A program made the translations under genes and the position numbers. Below are positions 24,640-38,300 of a DNA stretch of 64,000 bases, piece after piece. The notes beneath the pieces were generated by a model. The model made no database searches and had not been told where the DNA came from. It saw only the letters and a list, made by a program, of their open reading frames with translations. How positions within the stretch are numbered: position 1 is the first letter of the stretch; each line of letters begins with the position of its first letter. The DNA comes from Balanoglossus misakiensis (lineage: Eukaryota > Animalia > Hemichordata): assembly GCA_040954595.2 (NCBI GenBank), contig CM082597.2, forward strand, positions 9,517,778 through 9,581,777, given 5' to 3'.

Positions 24640-25301
24640 ATGTTTGGAGACACAACAAGTTACTACCCACTTTTGTCCAATGTACCTGTAGAGGCTCCAA
24701 TAGGTGAGTTTTACACCTTGTTTCGTTCCTGTATGATACCATGTCTTTCATGGATGACATCAATTTCAGGTTCACACACGGTAAAATTCGAAACGTGTCA
24801 GAGACACTTTTTGCCAACCATTGTTTTTTATTCCCTGCAGATTCCAGCATATGTCAGTTTTAAATGTCTTTTAGACAGTCATATCTTATATGTGTTTATG
24901 GTCTTATTATAATGTTATCATTTCCCTCCTCAATACTCCTTTACAACAAAAGTACCACCATACAAACCAACAGATATAAACAAAACACTTTCTTTTTATT
25001 GCCTATAGGTGTCCTGAGCGACCAAGAGCTGTTTCTCATTTCTATGCAAATTTCCACCAACTGGCAATCATTGGCGAGAGAGTTGGGTTTAATGCCATCA
25101 GAAATCTTCAGAATCGAGCGATGTCACCTGCCGGACCAACGCGGGTTTGCAATGTTGCTCTTCTGGCGATACAAATGTATCAAGATGATACGAGTCCACG
25201 ACAGCGTAATAGCTCTTGCTAATGCCCTCGAGACATTTGGTAGACGAGATCTCTCTCATTTCGTCCTTCAAAAATATCAAAACGATTATTTCTGTGCCTA
25301 G
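24640..25301 (+). CDS. Small death-domain-only protein, 118 aa; exons 24640-24703 and 25009-25301
   Basis: LSDQELFLISMQISTNWQSLARELGLMPSEIFRIER...GFAMLLFWR...LANALETFGRRDL follows the death-domain pattern (W-x-x-LAR-x-LG; ML-x-x-W; L-x-x-AL...R-x-DL). Phase-1 intron G|gtgagt...tatag|GT joins the two exons in frame. Confidence 0.75.
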
Positions 25302-25607
25302 AAGTCGAAACAGATATGCTTGATAAAATATATATAGACCCCTATACCGTCGAGAGAGAACTCGCAAACCCGTCGCTATATGTTAACGTTTGTAGTGACA
25401 ACTCAAATGTGATTTTTATTTGCAAATTCATACGCAGGTCAATGGAAGATACACTGCACGTTTGTTCGGCCAAAACCTTGCCAAGCTTGAGCAGTTTACA
25501 ATTAGTCAGGGATTCCTACCACGATTACTTACCATGCTATATTTACATATTGTCTAAGAACAGCCATGGATCATTCTTGTTAGTATAACGTCCTGTGCTC
25601 TGTTTAA

Positions 25608-25918
25608 GCAATAAACCACCCCCAGCCATGGTATACCACGAGATTTTGACCAGTTCACGACATATACGCACGAGCGATAGCGAGTGCGTATATGGAGTTG
25701 AACTGGTCAAAATCGAGTGGTATACCATGGCTGGGGGTGTTTTATTGCTATTATATTATGCCAGTATATTGAAACTTTGCATAAAACATTTTAAAAAGGC
25801 ATTTTCTTTAACTATGATATATGACTGTGGTATATGGCTAATATATCATGGTCACGTGTCGTGTCTCGACCAATCAAATAGCGTGATTTACACCATCAAT
25901 ATACTGGTATAATATAAT
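25608..25918. mobile_element. Hairpin plus IR-spacer element D
   Basis: Hairpin 25608-25748; inverted repeats 25750-25772 / 25896-25918. Confidence 0.7.
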
Positions 25919-27009
25919 TTATGATACTATACTATATCAGTTTGTATACAATTTCCAGTGTATTACGATATTGCAAAATAAGCTTGTGCTCAGGTAGAAT
26001 GATATTACCGGGGTAGTATTGTAACTCATTTTGTGTTAACTAATTTAGAATTAAAGTACTTCAGTTAAAAGACACATGGTAAGGGTGTAGCTATAGTCTC
26101 AACAGGAAACTTCAATTTTAATATTGAATCAGATATTTTAGAGTTTCTATAGGCCCAAGTGAAGGGGTCAAAATGGTTGAAATTTAACGTGTGGAAGGAT
26201 ACGTGATGCAATGTCCTATCCAGACACAAAAATAGTTCCTGTCGGAATACACAAAGTAGCCCGTGTATTTTTGTCGACTACCTTCTCTGATAAATCTCCA
26301 TGGCTTAAACTGATCCTAGTTTTACTGGTATTTCCCGTTGAAATATGCAACAGTAAAGTAATGGAAGATTTTGCAAGTTGTTTACGATAAGTTTCGAATT
26401 GAAATCCAAATCCCAATTATTAAATCAATGAGTGTCGGATTTATGACCGTTATTTTTGTACTTATAATTTCTTGGTTTGTGGGATGGAAGTTTCACCAAT
26501 GAAGAATTGTCCTCTCCGCGTCGCACGGTTCATTAGCTGGCCTTCCACTAACTCAGATCTTTTCTGGGAGCGACAGGCTGGCCGGACAAAATACTGTGAT
26601 GTAAAGAGAAGTTGGTGGAAAATTGACGCGTGATCGATACTTTCACTATAGATCTGCATTAAATACAGTAAACACTACTTTTTGATGAATTAAATTATTT
26701 GATATTTGGGAAGGAATTCGACGGGATGCGACAAATTATTTTTTGTTCAGTTTATTAACACTTGACATAATGGGTCACAAATAAAATAATTACAGGCCCA
26801 ACATTGTCATTTCCGTGAATCAAATCAATATATGTTATACGAGCCTTTTTGAAGACTTTATTTCTGAAACTTTTTTCCTATATGTACGTTCTGAAACTGG
26901 CATGTGTTTTTGAACTCACTACAGTTTTCACTGTCGAGATAAAATCAATTAAGGGCGAATTATCCTCGTTTTGACTTTCAAAATAAATAAATTAATGTGA
27001 CAAACTTTA

Positions 27010-29101
27010 AGTCCAATATATAAGGTGTTAGGCAACTATATCGAAAATGAAAGTTCTATTATACTTGTGCAGAAATCGGTCATTTGCATCGATGTTTGAT
27101 TTTACACTGAAACAAACACATTTCGCGGGCTTTCTGGGACAGCTTTATTTTCTGACCCTTTTTTCGATATTTTTTTCTCGATAAATGTTACCAAAAGCTA
27201 TGTATAATAACTCCAATATATAAGGTGTTAGGCAACTACATGTATATCGAAAATGAACGTTCTATTATACTTGTGCAGAAATCAGTCATTTGCATCGATG
27301 TTTGAGATCCCACAACAACTGAAAGACGCCACCATGGTTCACATCTCCAACGCTGCTCAGCATGGTCGATGTTTGATTTTACACTGAAACAAACACATAG
27401 CACTCACGGGCGTTGTAATTTTCAACTGTGGATTGTGGGCATATACACATTTTGCGGGCGTTTCTGGGACCGCTTTAATATGACCCTTTTTTCGATGTTT
27501 TTTTCTCGATAAATGTTACAAAAAGCTATGTATGTTAACTCCAATATATAAGGTATTAGGAGGACCAGCTCTGATGCAGAAACTGACGGAACTCTTCCAG
27601 TCCATGTGGAATGAAGGAAAGATCCCACAACAACTCAATGACGCCACCATGGTTCACATCTACAAGAGGAAAGGCAACCGCCAGTACTGCGACAACCACC
27701 GCGGCATCTCTCTGCTGTCCAAGGCTGGGAAGATCCTGGCTCGTGTCCAGCTCAACCGTCTCCTCCAACACCTTGAGCAGGGTAACCTTCCAGAAAGTCA
27801 GTGTGGCTTTAGGGCCGAACGTGGAACAGTCGACATGATATTTGCTGCACGCCAACTCCAAGAAAAATGTCAAGAGCAGCACAGAAACGTACCTCTTGGT
27901 GACCTTAGTCGATCTGACAAAGGCCTTCGACGCAGTCAGCAGGGATGGCTTATGGAAGATAATGGAGAAGTTTGGCTGCCCAAGCAAGTTCATCACGATC
28001 GTCCGGCGGTTCCATGACGGCATGATGGTGAAGGTACAAATGTACTAGATGACGGAGACGAGTCAGAGGCTTTTCCTGTGACAAACGGCGTGAAACAAGG
28101 CTGTGTTCTTGCTCCAACGCTGCTCAGCATGGTCTTCTCAGCCATGCTGACAGACGCCTTCCGTGATTGTCAGAATGGGATGCATGTCAGGTACAGGACT
28201 GAGGGTGGTCTGTTTAACCTCCGGCGCCTGCAGGCTGTTACCAAGGTGAAGGAGACTATCATCAGAGACTTTTTGTTCGCTGATGACTGCGCCCTCAACG
28301 CCGGCACTGAGCAGAAGATGCAACACGAGATGGACTACCTCTCAAGAGCCTGTGACAACTTCGGACTCACCATAAGTAGAAACAAGACGGAAGTTATGTA
28401 TCAGCCTGCACCTGGACAGCCTTACCGAGAACCACACATCACGGTGAAGGGTCATGCTCTCCAAGCTGTCGACAGCTTCACCTATCTGGGGAGCACATTT
28501 TCAAGAGCGGTGAACATTGATGCAGAAGTCACCAACAGGATCGCCAAGGCCAGCTCTGCTTTTAGGAGACTTCGTGAGAATGTCTGGGAGCGGAGGGGAC
28601 TCAGTTTCATCACCAAGCTGAAGGTCTATCGCGCAGTAGAACTTACCACCACCCTCAACGCCTGTGAGACTGGTCCCAGAAACGCCCGCAAAATGTGTAT
28701 ATGCCCACAATCCACAGTTGAAAATTACAACGCCCGTGAGTGCTATGAGTTTGTTTCAGTGTAATTAAATCAAACATCGACCATGCTGAGTAGCGTTGGA
28801 GATGTGAACCATGGTGGCGTCTTTCAGTTGTTGTGGGATCTCAAACATCGATGCAAATGACTGATTTCTGCACAAGTATAATAGAACGTTCATTTTCGAT
28901 ATACATGTAGTTGCCTAACACCTTATATATTGGAGTTATTATACATAGCTTTTGGTAACATTTATCGAGAAAAAAATATCGAAAAAAGGGTCAGAAAATA
29001 AAGCTGTCCCAGAAAGCCCGCGAAATGTGTTTGTTTCAGTGTAAAATCAAACATCGATGCAAATGACCGATTTCTGCACATGTATAATAGAACGTTCATT
29101 T
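27010..29101. repeat. ~200-bp tandem repeat with a ~430-bp inverted duplication (27045-27471 vs 28672-29101) around an RTE fragment
   Basis: Arm-to-arm reverse-complement identity with few mismatches, read directly. Confidence 0.85.
27558..28670 (+). mobile_element. RTE-clade (BovB-like) LINE reverse-transcriptase fragment, disrupted
   Basis: NHRGISLLS, PESQCGFR..RGTVDMIF, VDLTKAFD, GVKQGCVLAPTL, LFADDCAL, FTYLGS; frameshift near 27890 and a stop at 28046. Confidence 0.9.
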
Positions 29102-31171
29102 ACACACATAACTTGCCCAAGGAAAATGAATGGATTAGAATTTAGCCATTAGAGGGCGCTATTTATGAAACTGGAAGACTGAGTTTGATTGTACACATGT
29201 AATACAGTAGCAAGGTTTGCTTGTGAATTTGGGTGTATGCCTATGCTGTCATAATTTCTTATACCAAATAAAGTTCATCTAAAACACAAAAGAGTAAGTG
29301 GTGGCTTATCCCAAGTATGAAATTATCTATTTGTAAATTATATACAGATTTTATTGACTTAGTTATTTAGTAATCATATACTGCCCAGTTTCTTCTCAAT
29401 TTTTAAATTATGTGCTATGTGATCGTGATCCATATTTTGGTCATCTTCATTTGATTGACAGGGAAACACCTAATGTTACGATATTCTTATTGGCTGAAAC
29501 TAGTTCCATTTTTCTGGTCTCCAAACTCTGACACATCCCCTTTGGGGTACACACCCACTTTTGTTTGATAATTGTGCAAAGGAATTTTTACTTCAGACTG
29601 ATGTAAATGAATACAACACAAAAATGTCAATGTATGAAAATTATCCATTTTAATCAATAAACATGAATAACAGATCTGTGAAAACACCGTCAGAGTATGA
29701 AAATGAAGCCACTATTTTGCATTTATTACAGATATGATTCGGTTGCCACATATAAAGATGATAATTCGGTTTATTTAGAAATTATGCTTTTTGTAGACCA
29801 TACAATGACATAGGTGTGGCAAGTAAGATCATTGGATACAATCCTGTCAACAACATCTTATCCACCCAACAATTGAAAATACAGAGAGGGGATTTATAGG
29901 AAGTGTTTCTGTCACAAGTCATACAATCTCCCATCTGCTCTGCGGGCTTTCAACTGATAGCTACAAATGAGGACATTAGTTCAAAAAGAACTTAATGTTA
30001 ATTACCATATTGACTCTTCAAAAGCTGATAACATAAACTTCAAAACATTTTCACCAAATTATTTTTTTAAATAAGATGTACTATACTCAAAGTTAAACTC
30101 CATTAGCTGTAACTTTTCAATGTGTTTTAACTATTTTTGTTGTTTATCTACTGCAGTTTCTTGTTCACGGCATAATGACATTGCCAGTTTCCATTCTATG
30201 AACCTAACTAATACCACTCTTTGCCTTGTACCCATTGTTCAAACTATGCATTTATTTTCCATAACCTATCATCTCATCATTACAACGTGATTTTCTGAGA
30301 AACTGTGTTGATAACTTGTTATCGCCACACTCCTTTTGTTAGAAACTGTGGCTTTAAACTCATCCACATGGTCAGTTTATTACTTGGCCATGATCAATTG
30401 CAAATTTGAGAATGCTATTCGAGCATTCAAAGCACATTAAAGGCGGAAGTGACGTCACCCGCCCAGACTGCAGCCACAGCTCCAATTTTGGCCGAGCCAA
30501 AATTGGCCAAATTCGGGGTATAAGTCAGTTATTGCAACTCGTAACGGTGCGTTATGCTTGATATCACCACACTTTTGGTCATCTGCTTGTAAAATTAACG
30601 AGGCCGCACTCGTGCAATAACCTATACATGTACGTATACGTATGTAGTCGGCAGTGTTATTGTGCAAAATTTGAATTCAGGCCCAACGACTGACTTTGGT
30701 AAAGAAAGACATTAACACTTACAATCAATCAGAGTGGCAAAAAAAAAAAAAAACACAACACCAACAACTACAGATCAATTACTAGAGTTTCCTGAAAACA
30801 TGAAATACAGACTGTGCCTCATTTTAATTCAATGTCGAGAGGATGCTTGGAAAGTTGTCTACATTCTTCAACATTTACATGTAAACTATGCGTATTTGCT
30901 ATAAATATGTAAAATATAAATAAACAATACAGTTTTTTTATAAAATACCAATTCAGGTCACATTTTCAATAAAATTACCAGTTAGTATTAAAAAATATTT
31001 ACAAATCCATACAAAATAAATTTAATGTACATCATCAAATTTCTTGGTTTTCGATACTCTTATTTTCACCCCAAATATAAAATTTACAAATGCCTCTCGT
31101 ACTAAACACACACACACACGTGCATGCCAATGTATACATGTGTCTATATGCCAGTATTTCTGTCTGTCCCC

Positions 31172-31223
31172 TATGTATGTATGTATGTATGTATGTATGT
31201 ATGTATGTATGTATGTATGTATG
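31172..31223. repeat. (TATG)13 microsatellite in the probable USP2 3'UTR
   Basis: Direct reading. Confidence 0.95.
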
Positions 31224-32225
31224 GTACTGCAACGTCTTTTTTCTCTCTCTTATGCTGTCGCCTCACATGAGATTTAAACATGACCTTCTATGGTAGAATA
31301 CCGCATAAAAGACATCGCCATACTCTATAGCTGATTTTAATCAAATTGGTATTTATATGCGCACCATACCTGTGAGAAAAGTTTGCATACATGCATGACT
31401 GGATCTATTTTGTTTGGAAACATAACACATGTACATGTGAACATATTTACAGATATTCGATCAATATTTTGATTTAAGTAATGTCAGTAAATATACTATG
31501 ATCTGATACTGCACTATAAATGTTTATGAATCTCCACTATTGTCTTTACACAATGGACAACCAGCATACACCTTGAATAATGAAATTGTGAAAATATTCC
31601 TGGAAAATGTGATAAATGTATTCTGTCAATAATGAAAAGTCATTATTCACTCACATACTATATCTATCTGCAGCAACAGCAGCCAACATTGCCAGTGTCA
31701 CTTCAATTGCCTCAGTTTTCGCCACATGGTCATGGTTATTTCCAATTACAGATAAACCGAAAACTAGTCAAATTTTCACTATGCAGACTTATAATAGGTG
31801 ATCTTTTGCACTGGCTTTTATTTAAGAATTAAATACCAACATTAAAAGAAAAACAGGGGTGCTCACTTGTTTCAATTTGAAAACAATAGAAAAAATGTCC
31901 TTGAAAGTAAAATTCTTACATAACCTGCACAAAGTCTGTTAACTAGGAGTTTGGATCCTGACATATAAACTTGTACATTTGCATATGTGTAATTTGTATG
32001 AATACACATTGCTCACAAACTAAGTTTTTGTTAACCTTCCAAAATACAAATGTCGAAATGGCCAGGTATTTACGAAAAATGTCTATCAAAAGATGGCTAC
32101 AAACCGCCAGCAGTTTGCTTGACAATTCTCAATCACAAACAACCACTGGCAAGTATCAAAGCACAATGTTTACCAGTAAGTTTCCTTAAAATCCTAAGAA
32201 GTGCTGTATTTGGTCACCATTGGAG

Positions 32226-32304
32226 CTATGCATCTGCTGTCTTCTCATAGAACAACACATATGCATGTGATGATTTCACTCTGTGTTGTGATATAGCACT
32301 CACT
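32226..32304 (-). CDS. USP2: USP2 last coding exon
   Basis: ttgcag| acceptor; [25 protein letters not shown]. Confidence 0.92.
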
Positions 32305-35300
32305 CTGCAAAGAAAAAAACACACAACCAGATATCAACTGAATATGTGCCTTTGAATATGTACTTTTGAAAAAAGAAATCTGTTCAGAAGTAGCTCGTAC
32401 ATGACATATGACAAGATGAATCGATATTTGGGTATTCTATCTGTAGTGAATCAGATGTATTCTGATCCCCCCTCTGTTATATATACATATACGTTATACC
32501 TAACCATATACTGTCACACATTGCAGTATGGGATCTTGTTTGGATCTTTCGTTCTGCTTGTGTTCAAGCAATAAACAGCTTCTTCATGTTTATGATTCAA
32601 ATCTGAGTGTCCTCTAATTTATGAAGTAAAAGTGACTGGTACATGTACACCCATATACCAAGAACAGCAGTGTATAACACTGGCGACGAGTATATCACCT
32701 ACATCCAAGGAAGGAACATGGAGAATAACCAGTGCCCATTGCATTCCAATTCAACTGCTACACTGATCCGTTAACTCTGGGGCCATGTTGGAGGCAATGG
32801 CTGACGTCATTTGAACTGTATGCTGATGGAAATGTTTTTATAATCAATGTCAAAGCCACAAACGCCCCAAAACAAAGATGTGCAGGACATTTTCTCAACT
32901 TTGCCAGATACAGGGACAGTCACTGAGTATGAGAAAGCTGTCCCCATGCTGAACACCTACTTCGTGATCCAAGTCAACCCTGCATTGGCCATCAGGTAGA
33001 CATTTCATTAGACCGTACAAAAGCAAGGTGAGACTGTGCTTCAATTTGTTACCTACCTACGAAGAGCTGCCAAAAGAGAAGACAGAGAAACTATCAACAA
33101 AGTTGGGTGTACTGAAAATTAGTATTGGTGCAAACATTGCTGCAGTGACTGACATGGCTGACCGCTTACACTATGACAATACCCAGATGTCGTCACTGGT
33201 GTAGGCAAACTCAACACCAAGCAAATAACGGATCCCTCCATAAAACCTGTAGCACAACCCATGAGATGAACACCATTTAACTTGAGAGAAAAGGTGGAGG
33301 CAAAAGTCAACAAGCTTTGGACATAGTCGAACCAGTTGATGGTCCAACACCTTGGGTTAACCCGTATGTCTAGTGCCAAAATCTTGAGGCGACATCAGAC
33401 AGAGCAAATGAAGCGATCACCTGTATCAGGCATCCTATCCCTACTGTAGATGAGCTGATACAGAACATGAACAGTTCCAAAGTGTTCAGCAAGCTTGATT
33501 TACAGTGGGGTTACCACCAGCTTGAGCTGATATGCCAGAATCACGTGAGATAACAACATTTGCACACATACTGGATGTATCGTTACAAGTGATTACTATT
33601 TGATTTAAGTTCAGCGAGTGAGCAGTATCAGCATGAAGTTGCGACAGCCCTGGAGGGCATTGACGGTGTAGAGCATATTTGATGATGTCATAGTATATGG
33701 GTGTGACCAGGAAACCCATGACCGCAGTTTACTTGCAGTCGTAACTCTAACACTGAACCGTGAAAAGTGCCAATTTAATATGGATGAGCTTGTTTTCATG
33801 GGAATACTACTGTCACAGAAAGGCATAGGTCCAACTCAGGACAGAGTCAAAGCTGTGTTGAAGGCCAGAGAACCTAGGGATGTATAGGAGTCAGAAGTTT
33901 CATGGGCATAGTCAGTTACAGTAGCCAATTCATCACAGGCTTTGCAATTAACTATCTCAGAACCCCTGAGGAGGATCATCAGGAAAAGTGTGCCATTCTA
34001 TTTTGGTCCAGAAGAGAAAACAGTATTTGCAGAGTTGAAAGCAAGTCTAGCCAGAGCAACAACTCTAGTTTACTTTGACAAAAATGCACATACGAAAATG
34101 ATAGCTGATGCCAGTCCAGTGGGACTACATGTTACATGGTACGAACTTTGATTGCTGACCGATCATCGTCCTTTGCAGACTATCTACAGTCCTCATTCCA
34201 GACCATGTGCTCGCATACAACGATGGGTCTTTACATATACTTTCAGAGTGGTATACATACCGAGTTCACAAAACATAGCCAACCCCTTCTCGCAACTGTT
34301 AGGTGATAAGAAGACCAAGACAAAACCCATACATGAAGCCAAAGAATATGTACACTTAGTGGCAGTCAACGCTACTCCTCAAGCCCTATCCACACGTGAA
34401 GTGGAGGAGGCATCCGCAAAAGAAAGCACACGCAATTTACTACCTGACAAGCTCACACCACAAGCATTAGCTTTGACACATGAAAGACATCATGGTATTG
34501 TGGGAACAGAACAAAACCTAAGAGGCAAGGTGTGGTGGCCAGGTATTGACAAGGTTGCCTAGAAATTGTGCAGATCTTGTCACGGTTGCCAGTTGGAAGC
34601 AAGACCAGATCCACCTGAACCCATACAATCAACATTACCTGATGGTCCCTGGCGGCAAGATGTTGCGACATATGGCAGGACTAGACAGGAAAAGAGAGCT
34701 GAGGAGATACGTGACAAAATACAGAGGCACTGATCATGCTGGTACAGGCAAAAGCCCTGCTGAATAACTCTTCAGATGCAAAATGAACACAGAACAGCAA
34801 TTCTGATGTAATAAAAGAATAAGATACTCAATAGATATATCTAGAATTCATTTTGCCAAAGACGTTTTCCTATTGCATTGTCCAAACCCCATTTCAGAGG
34901 TCTAACTGAGACTAGACAAGCAGCACTTCATAGACAAGGTTGTTCGCACATATCCACAATTCACGTATGTTGCTGCCGTGCATTACTGAAGTTTGTACAA
35001 CTGTGTGATTTATGCATATGAACACTGAATCAGCTTTATTGTGCTGTGATGCCCATGGTTCAACCACTGTCTTCTCTGTATGTAAGCCCAAGTTCACAGT
35101 AGGAACGCAAGTGCTCACCATTGAGGGCGATTTTAGACTCGAGTGATGTCACAAAATTTGAACTTTGGCCCATTTCGGACATCGTTTGCACACCCCAGAA
35201 ATAATGTTACCAGTATGTTTCTCTCCATCAATCAAGACATTTTACGCAAAACAACTTTATTTAGTGGGGCAAGCATCTTTAGTATGTAACCGATTGAGTA

Positions 35301-38300
35301 TCATGGAATTTTGCGACAATCTTTAGTTCGCAGGGTCTTTTTATTGATCACTGCATGGTAGGAAACACAAGTTAGTTTCGTCAATTTTCACCAAACATTG
35401 ACCAATATATCGAGTCTGTGATGGTATTCTCCAGATTTAATGGCATATTTATGTAGCCCTATATATAACTGTTTTGTGTCCCAAGTTGCACAGAAGGAGG
35501 TGGCTGTATATGGAAATGTGGCACTTCTGAAAAAGAGATGCAAAATTGGTTTACTTCCAGGTTTCGAATACGAACTTTGTATATCCATTGCATGTGCTAC
35601 CTTTAGAGGCAGAATATTTGTGTTTTATGGCAGCTTGACATTACACCGTAAACATATAAAATTACTGATCATGGACATCGTACCACAAAAAAAGAGCAAA
35701 AAACTTGAAACTGTTGAAACACGGATGCAGTAGCCTGTACTGGTACATCATTCTGTGTCAATTTCTGAAAGAGTTTGTCTATTCTATAAGTTCAGTCAGC
35801 AACGATGCTCCTGCTTTAACTCAAGACTTGATGTATGCCCGTAAGCTAGAACTTTGTTGTAAACAAATACATGTCATTGGATCATAGACAGATGATCAAA
35901 TCATGTAAATGTCAACAAAATGTTGTTTGTACATTGCTGTTAATCATAACATATCACTATCAGCTCTGGTCTAAGATCTGAGTGTAGGTTGGGTTGCATT
36001 ATTTTTCTTTCTGTTTGGTTTAACGACCAGTCCCACACTTGAGTGCAATAATAACATACAAAAAGGCTAGGAGACATCAGTAACACTAGCAGGTTTGGGG
36101 ATTGTATTGACACTTTGACAGTGAAATTAACCTGTCCCACTCTGGACAAACCCTAAATACAATTATAATAAACTTATGAAATCGATAATTTCTATGACAA
36201 GTCCCACACTGGAGCTGTGATAATAACACACGGAATTGCTTAAAATGATTCCATAATATAATTCACAACAGCCTAATTTGACTGCTGGTCGTATTCAATA
36301 TCTAAATGTTGTTCCAGTTCATCACTGAAATATGTTTCATTATAGTAGTGCTTGAATATAAGATTCGTCTAGGGTTTCTGTCTGAGGGCTTTGATTGAGA
36401 GTTTGTACATTCAAGACATTTACAGCCAGGACCACATCTATTATTTACTTTATAGCATTTGCATCTGTTGTTTGCACATTTACTTTTCTTGCAGGAACAA
36501 CCATCAGTCCAAAACTTAATATGTTCTTTTACTTTTGTTAAGTTTTTAGATAAATCCCACTCTACTGCTAAGTTTCCATCATCATCCAGAGTCCAACCGT
36601 AGTCTTTCACTGGAGGAATTTGTACAATATTTTTGCTTGCTGACTGCCATAGTTGGGAAACCCAGCATGTTCTATGCCAATGTACCGGTAATTTCAGGGT
36701 TACATCAGATGGGAGAAAGCCAACCTCACTGTCAATGCGGCCCCAAATTCTGTTTCTTATGTCTCCTATAAACCATGTTTCGTGTATTTGTAATAGAGAA
36801 ATATTGGGAGAAATGAAAGAATGGAAATGGTCTCTTGGATTGTCAAATGTAGAGAATGCAGCTGAATGTTTATGGAAATATACACAGCCAACCAATCGGT
36901 AATGCTAACAGTCCATCTCCTTTGTTTTCAGGGCTTGTATCACCCAACATACCCTGTGTATAACTGCTCACTTTTGATACCACTGATAAAGTTAGCATTT
37001 TTGAAAAAAGTATTATAAAATGACTTCTTTCCAGCCAGTCTAAAAAAAGAACCATAATCACATCCAGAACAAATGAAAAGTGTTTGGAATAATTTGCCCA
37101 GCTGATCAAGCGATAAAGTTGATAAAGCCATGTCATGTACCATGTCATTCAACAGTCTTGACATATCAAGGAAAAGGTTTTCAAATGTTCCTGCCTCAAG
37201 TTGAATATAGACTTGTTTGTTTGATATATGTTTAAGCAATGGGAGACCTATATTATCAGTGTCGGGTGAGAATATTAATATTTGTGTGTATTCAGATTTT
37301 AGTGCATGCAACCAAACCCTGGAATCACTCTCCTCATGATTAGAAATGTAGATTTCACATGGCGAAATGTTACCATCTGAATCAATACATTTGGCCTGAT
37401 CAATGTCATTTCCATCAAAGCCCCCGGCAGTCACTAAAGTTTGACCGTTGTTGATATACACTGTAGACCGCTTGAGAATAGCATGAGAGAGCAAATTGTC
37501 AAGAAGACATTTGTTTTTTTTCTGACAGACAGAAATTTCCTCCAATTACTTGGTAATGGTGATTCTAGGGATAATGTATCAAGGACTGTTAGGGACAGTC
37601 TCTTGGTCCTTTCCAAAATCTCGTCTTGCCTGTTCAATATCCTTAGGACCTATACCATGCTTGTCAGGATGATGATCAAATAAAGATGTATTTCTTTCGT
37701 TGCCTGCTTACTAAAGTAGGGTTTTAGCCATCGCAGACAAAGAAACGAAATGTAGACATATTGATGATAAACATTCCTTCCAATACAATGCATTCTGGTG
37801 TAAAATTGGGGTACATATCGGTGTGAAATGCCTTCGGATACCGGGCCCTTTTCCAACTGATGCTTTCTGGTGGCCACATTCAGAGAAACCATCAGCTGTT
37901 GCAATTAGCCCTTGGGAATTCTATGAATTGACTCAAATCATCTACTGGAATTCCTGTCATTTTAGAGTATGCAATTTTTTTACGCAGAATGAAATTGACA
38001 AGTTTTCGATCTTGTATCTGTTTCTTTTGTTTTGTTACAGTGGGTGGTTTTGTTGTAAATGTGTGTAAATTCTTTCGCCTCCGAGGTGGCATTTTTACAT
38101 CAGGGTTAACATATAGATGTAGCACAGGATATGTAATTCGATTTGCAGTTCAACTTCCTCTATTTTCCTGAAATTCATGATATCTTCCTTTTCATTCTCT
38201 TGTAGACATTTTATAGAAGAGAACTAGTGGTTTAGCTTATCTGTGATAGTTACTGTTTCATCAAATAATGCATTTGATTTTATAAGTTTTTCAATGTACG

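Noticed and set aside
30441-30470. ETS plus CRE motif cluster (ggcggaagtgacgtca) as a promoter
   Set aside because: Directly follows ttaa-AGG like the TTAA-target MITE ends, so probably a transposon terminus; no associated exon found.
31035-31296. ORFs with HTYI / MYVC repeats
   Set aside because: Translations of the (TATG)n microsatellite.
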